A stretch of 24,000 nucleotides of DNA from Dickeya dianthicola NCPPB 453 (GTDB taxonomy: Bacteria > Pseudomonadota > Gammaproteobacteria > Enterobacterales > Enterobacteriaceae), in NCBI RefSeq assembly GCF_000365305.1, contig NZ_CM001841.1:3872934-3896933 (forward strand), read 5' to 3'. The first letter of the stretch is position 1, and every line of letters begins with the position of its first letter. Positions 20,740-24,000 of this stretch are shown piece by piece. The position numbers and the translations under genes were made by a program. The notes below the pieces were generated by a model. The model saw nothing but the letters and a program-made list of their open reading frames with translations. It ran no database searches and was not told the DNA's origin.

Positions 20740-22325
20740 TTCCCGGTTGGCTATGGCCGGGGCTGCTGGCGGCAGTGCTATTGATTAGCACCGCCGTGCT
20801 GGCGTTCGGCGCGCTGTGGCTGGACGCACCCGGCGCGCCCTGGCTGTCGCTGTGGGATGACAGCTACCTGTGGCATGTCATTCGCTTCAGCTTCTGGCAG
20901 GCGCTGCTGTCGGCGCTACTTTCCACGCTACCCGCGCTGTTTCTGGCGCGGGCGTTATACCGCCGCCGCTTTCCCGGCCATCGCCTGCTACTGCGCCTGT
21001 GCGCGATGACGCTGGTCCTGCCGGTGCTGGTGGCGGTATTCGGCATCCTCAGCGTCTACGGCCGCGAAGGCTGGCTGGCGCGCCTGCTGATGCAATTCGG
21101 TATCGAATACCGTTTTTCGCCTTACGGCTTGCAGGGCATTCTGCTGGCCCACGTCTTTTTTAATCTGCCGCTGGCGACCCGGCTGTTTTTGCAGGCGCTG
21201 GAAGGCATCGCCACCGAGCAGCGCCAGTTGGCGGCTCAGCTTGGTCTGCGCGGCTGGCACTTCTTCCGGCTGGTGGAGTGGCCGTGGCTGCGCCGTCAGC
21301 TGTTGCCCGCCGGCGCGCTGATTTTCATGTTGTGCTTCGCCAGCTTCGCCACCGTGCTGGCGCTGGGCGGCGGCCCGCAAGCCACCACCATCGAACTGGC
21401 TATCTACCAGGCGTTGAGCTTCGACTATGACCCGGCGCGCGCTGCGCTGCTGGCGCTGTTGCAGATGGTGTGTTGTCTGGGGTTGGTATTACTCAGCCAG
21501 CGGCTCGGTCGGCTGCTGGCAGTCGGCGTCGGCAACCGCCAGCGCTGGCGCGATCCGCAAGACAGTTGGTTCAGCCGCGTTACCGATATGCTGCTGATTG
21601 CAGCGGCGTTGCTATTGCTGTTGCCGCCGCTGCTGGCGGTGGCGGCGGACGGCCTGAACCGCTCACTACCGGAGGTGTTGCGCCAGCCCGCGTTATGGCA
21701 AGCACTCTGGATGTCGCTGCGCATCGCGCTGGCCGCCGGCGCGCTCAGCGTGGTGCTGACGCTGATGCTGCTGTGGAGCAGCCGGGAACTGAAACTGCGC
21801 CGGCGACAGCTGCCCGCCCAGTTGCTGGATATGAGCGGGATGCTGATTCTGGCGATGCCGGGGATTGTGCTGGCGTCCGGTTTTTTCCTGCTGTTTAACC
21901 GCACCATCGGGTTACCGGCTTCCCCCTACGGACTGGTGGTGTTGACCAACGCGCTGCTGGCCATTCCTTATGCGATGAAAGTGCTGGAAAACCCCATGTA
22001 TGATACGGCGGCGCGTTATAGTCTGTTGTGCCAGTCGCTGGATATCCGCTGTTGGCACCGTCTTCGGGTAGTAGAACTGAAAGCGCTGCGCGCGCCTATC
22101 GCCCAGGCGCTGGCCTTTGCCTGCGTGCTATCCGTGGGTGATTTCGGCATCATCGCCTTGTTTGGCAACGAGCAGTTTCGCACGTTGCCGTTTTACCTTT
22201 ACCAACAGATTGGCGCTTATCGTAGCGCCGATGGCGCGGTAACGGCGCTGCTACTGCTGGTACTGTGCTTTACGCTGTTTACCCTGATTGAGAAACTGGC
22301 AGGCTTACATGATAGCACTCGATAA
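20715..22325 (+). CDS. thiP: Thiamine ABC transporter permease
   Basis: [13 protein letters not shown]... from the ATG at 20715 matches the E. coli ThiP N-terminus. It overlaps the thiB 3' end by 25 nt in the same way as E. coli. It is a multi-span membrane protein of ~536 aa. The track start at 20703 is a TTG. Confidence 0.9.
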   Translation: MATRRQPLIPGWLWPGLLAAVLLISTAVLAFGALWLDAPGAPWLSLWDDSYLWHVIRFSFWQALLSALLSTLPALFLARALYRRRFPGHRLLLRLCAMTLVLPVLVAVFGILSVYGREGWLARLLMQFGIEYRFSPYGLQGILLAHVFFNLPLATRLFLQALEGIATEQRQLAAQLGLRGWHFFRLVEWPWLRRQLLPAGALIFMLCFASFATVLALGGGPQATTIELAIYQALSFDYDPARAALLALLQMVCCLGLVLLSQRLGRLLAVGVGNRQRWRDPQDSWFSRVTDMLLIAAALLLLLPPLLAVAADGLNRSLPEVLRQPALWQALWMSLRIALAAGALSVVLTLMLLWSSRELKLRRRQLPAQLLDMSGMLILAMPGIVLASGFFLLFNRTIGLPASPYGLVVLTNALLAIPYAMKVLENPMYDTAARYSLLCQSLDIRCWHRLRVVELKALRAPIAQALAFACVLSVGDFGIIALFGNEQFRTLPFYLYQQIGAYRSADGAVTALLLLVLCFTLFTLIEKLAGLHDSTR

Positions 22326-23001
22326 GTTGACCTATCTCTACCAACACCTGCCGATGCGCTTCGATTTACAGGTGCAACCCGGCGAGCGCCTTGCCATTCT
22401 CGGCCCGAGTGGCGCGGGGAAAAGTACCCTGCTGAGCCTGATAGCCGGTTTCCTATCCGCCGACAGCGGCCAGTTGCGGCTTAACGACCAGGATCACATC
22501 GCCACGCCACCGGCGAAACGTCCGGTGTCGATCCTGTTTCAGGAAAACAACCTGTTCCCCCATCTGACGCTGGCGCAAAATATCGCTCTCGGCCTGCACC
22601 CCGGCCTGAAACTGACCGCGGAGCAACAGAGGATACTGCACGATATCGCCGGCCGTATGGGGCTTTCGCCACTGCTGGAACGCCTGCCGTCGCAGGTTTC
22701 CGGCGGTCAACGGCAGCGGGCGGCGCTGGCGCGCTGCCTGATCCGCCAGCAACCGATCCTGCTGCTGGATGAACCGTTTTCCGCACTCGATCCGGCGCTG
22801 CGTCAGGAGATGCTGTGGCTGGTGGACGAGATCTGCCGGGATCGCCGCTTGACGCTATTGATGGTATCGCACCAGTTGGAAGACGCCGCGCGCATTGCGC
22901 CGCGTAGCGTGCTGGTGGTGGACGGCCGCATCTATCATGACGGCCCGACCGGGGAACTGGCCAGCCACCCGGAGGCGTCGCGGGTGCTCGGTCTGGGATG
23001 A
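22309..23001 (+). CDS. thiQ: Thiamine ABC transporter ATP-binding protein
   Basis: [40 protein letters not shown] (Walker A)...[15 protein letters not shown] (signature)...[12 protein letters not shown] (Walker B). The ATG at 22309 aligns with the E. coli ThiQ start ([20 protein letters not shown]) and overlaps the thiP end by 17 nt. Confidence 0.9.
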   Translation: MIALDKLTYLYQHLPMRFDLQVQPGERLAILGPSGAGKSTLLSLIAGFLSADSGQLRLNDQDHIATPPAKRPVSILFQENNLFPHLTLAQNIALGLHPGLKLTAEQQRILHDIAGRMGLSPLLERLPSQVSGGQRQRAALARCLIRQQPILLLDEPFSALDPALRQEMLWLVDEICRDRRLTLLMVSHQLEDAARIAPRSVLVVDGRIYHDGPTGELASHPEASRVLGLG

Positions 23002-23037
23002 CAGTTCGGTCTGAAATGACAGTTCGGTCTGAAATGA
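22984..23037. repeat. 18-bp tandem repeat x3; the first (diverged) unit is the last 6 codons of thiQ including its TGA
   Basis: The units are gtgctcggtctgggatga (22984-23001), cagttcggtctgaaatga (23002-23019) and cagttcggtctgaaatga (23020-23037). Units 2 and 3 are identical, and unit 1 matches them at 13/18 positions. Every unit ends with an in-frame TGA. Confidence 0.9.
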
Positions 23038-23059
23038 CAAAGCGAAACCCTCACTAAAA

Positions 23060-23081
23060 AAGTGTGATCTTCAACACAATT
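23060..23081. promoter_or_regulatory. Candidate cAMP-CRP site upstream of ivbL-ilvB
   Basis: TGTGA-tcttca-ACACA (23063-23078) versus the consensus TGTGA-N6-TCACA. A possible promoter follows: TTGTCT (23106-23111), 18 nt, then TTATAT (23130-23135). E. coli ilvBN is known to be CRP-activated. Confidence 0.45.
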
Positions 23082-23174
23082 TTGCCTTTTCAGCGCGGCA
23101 GAGCCTTGTCTGATTTTCCGCGCTCATGGTTATATGGGAGCGCAAATTAACCAAAACGAACATTAAGGTTACCC

Positions 23175-23276
23175 GTGAAACACACCACCTCTACTTTCGC
23201 ACTACTAAACAACACCGCGCTGCTTGACGCGGTCGTCGTCGTGCGCGTGGTGGTCGTGGTCGGCAGCGCGCCGTAA
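23175..23276 (+). CDS. ivbL: ilvB operon leader peptide (33 aa: [33 protein letters not shown])
   Basis: The ORF is below the track threshold and starts with GTG. Its C-terminal [15 protein letters not shown] is almost identical to remembered E. coli IvbL (...[16 protein letters not shown]). The Val/Leu-rich control codons are followed by a terminator. Confidence 0.85.
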   Translation: MKHTTSTFALLNNTALLDAVVVVRVVVVVGSAP

Positions 23277-23303
23277 CGGGTTCCGAATCAAACCTAGATT
23301 CTC

Positions 23304-23339
23304 AAACCCCGCCGGCGCAAGCCGAGCGGGGTTTCTTTT
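23304..23339 (+). terminator. ilvB attenuator (leader terminator)
   Basis: The stem is aaaccccgc / gcggggttt (23304-23312 and 23326-23334) with an inner cggc-gcaa-gccg extension, followed by cTTTTa. It lies between the ivbL stop and the ilvB ATG. Confidence 0.8.
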
Positions 23340-23389
23340 ATCCACCCTCCCCGCTCCTCCTGACACCGGCTCTGATAAAGGATATGACT

Positions 23390-24000
23390 ATGCGTTATAC
23401 AGGAGCAGAGCTGATCATCCGTCTGCTGGAACAGCAAGGCATCACCACCGTGGCCGGTATTCCGGGCGGCGCGGCGCTGCCGCTGTACGATGCGTTGGGA
23501 AAAAGCCGTACCATTCGCCACGTACTCGCCCGCCATGAACAAGGGGCAGGATTCATCGCGCAGGGGATGGCGCGCGCCAGCGGTAAAGCGGCGGTTTGCA
23601 TGGCGTCCAGCGGTCCCGGCGCCACCAACCTGCTCACCGCCATCGCCGACGCCAAGCTCGACTCCATTCCGCTGGTATGCATCACCGGCCAGGTGCCGTC
23701 CAGCATGATCGGCACCGATGCCTTTCAGGAAGTGGACACGTACGGCATCTCGATTCCGGTTACCAAGCACAACTATCTGGTACGCAACATCAGCGAGCTG
23801 CCGCAGGTGATCAATGATGCCTTCCGGCTGGCGCAGTCCGGTCGTCCCGGCCCGGTCTGGATTGACATCCCCAAAGACGTGCAGACTGCCGCCATTGAGC
23901 TGGCGGAACTGCCCGCGCCGGCCGAATTATCCCCCACTCCCGCCATCGACGCCGAGGCCCTGCGCGCCGCTGCCGCCATGATCAATCAGGCCAAACGGCC
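23390..24000 (+). CDS. ilvB: Acetolactate synthase I large subunit, N-terminal ~203 codons; the gene runs off the right edge
   Basis: [167 protein letters not shown] parallels remembered E. coli IlvB. The ATG at 23390 is 7 nt after AAGGA; the ATG at 23384 is a less likely alternative. It is not in the track because the ORF is open at the edge. Confidence 0.9.
   Translation, partial: MRYTGAELIIRLLEQQGITTVAGIPGGAALPLYDALGKSRTIRHVLARHEQGAGFIAQGMARASGKAAVCMASSGPGATNLLTAIADAKLDSIPLVCITGQVPSSMIGTDAFQEVDTYGISIPVTKHNYLVRNISELPQVINDAFRLAQSGRPGPVWIDIPKDVQTAAIELAELPAPAELSPTPAIDAEALRAAAAMINQAKR

Overview
This window is mostly conserved housekeeping chromosome from a ~55% GC Enterobacterales genome. The gene content looks Dickeya/Pectobacteriaceae-like, but that attribution is my inference. 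It is collinear, in inverted orientation, with the E. coli 2-minute region. The gene order is: ftsI' <- ftsL <- rsmH <- mraZ | alaE -> | <- cra | <- ilvH <- ilvI | <- acyl-CoA synthetase | leuL-leuABCD -> | palindromic element | <- siderophore-interacting reductase | tnaC-tnaA -> | <- sgrS/sgrT | sgrR -> | TPP riboswitch-thiBPQ -> | ivbL-ilvB' ->. Protein identities come from reading the supplied translations against family sequences I remember; no search was run. Many long ORFs in the track are antisense shadows of real genes in GC-rich DNA and are rejected. Several track ORFs start too far upstream (mraZ, alaE, cra, ilvH, leuB, thiB, thiP, thiQ) and I trimmed them using homolog N-termini, Shine-Dalgarno (SD) position and length. 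Four functional small ORFs and an sRNA fall below, or are hidden inside, the 60-aa track: leuL, tnaC, sgrT (inside sgrS) and ivbL. I see no CRISPR array, tRNA/rRNA gene, transposase, integrase or phage gene, and no convincing novel multi-gene system. The parts worth a second look are listed here. (1) A sip + tnaC-tnaA insertion sits where E. coli has setA, with an unusual TnaC-type arrest peptide and no tnaB. (2) tnaA converges on a long (~320 nt) SgrS with only 23 bp between them. (3) A ~280-bp GC-rich palindrome-packed element with imperfect terminal inverted repeats lies after leuD. (4) An acyl-CoA synthetase gene occupies the leuO slot. (5) A ~770-bp AT-rich spacer with no credible annotated gene lies between the mraZ promoter and alaE. 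(6) Two short tandem repeats reiterate the stop-codon regions of cra and thiQ.
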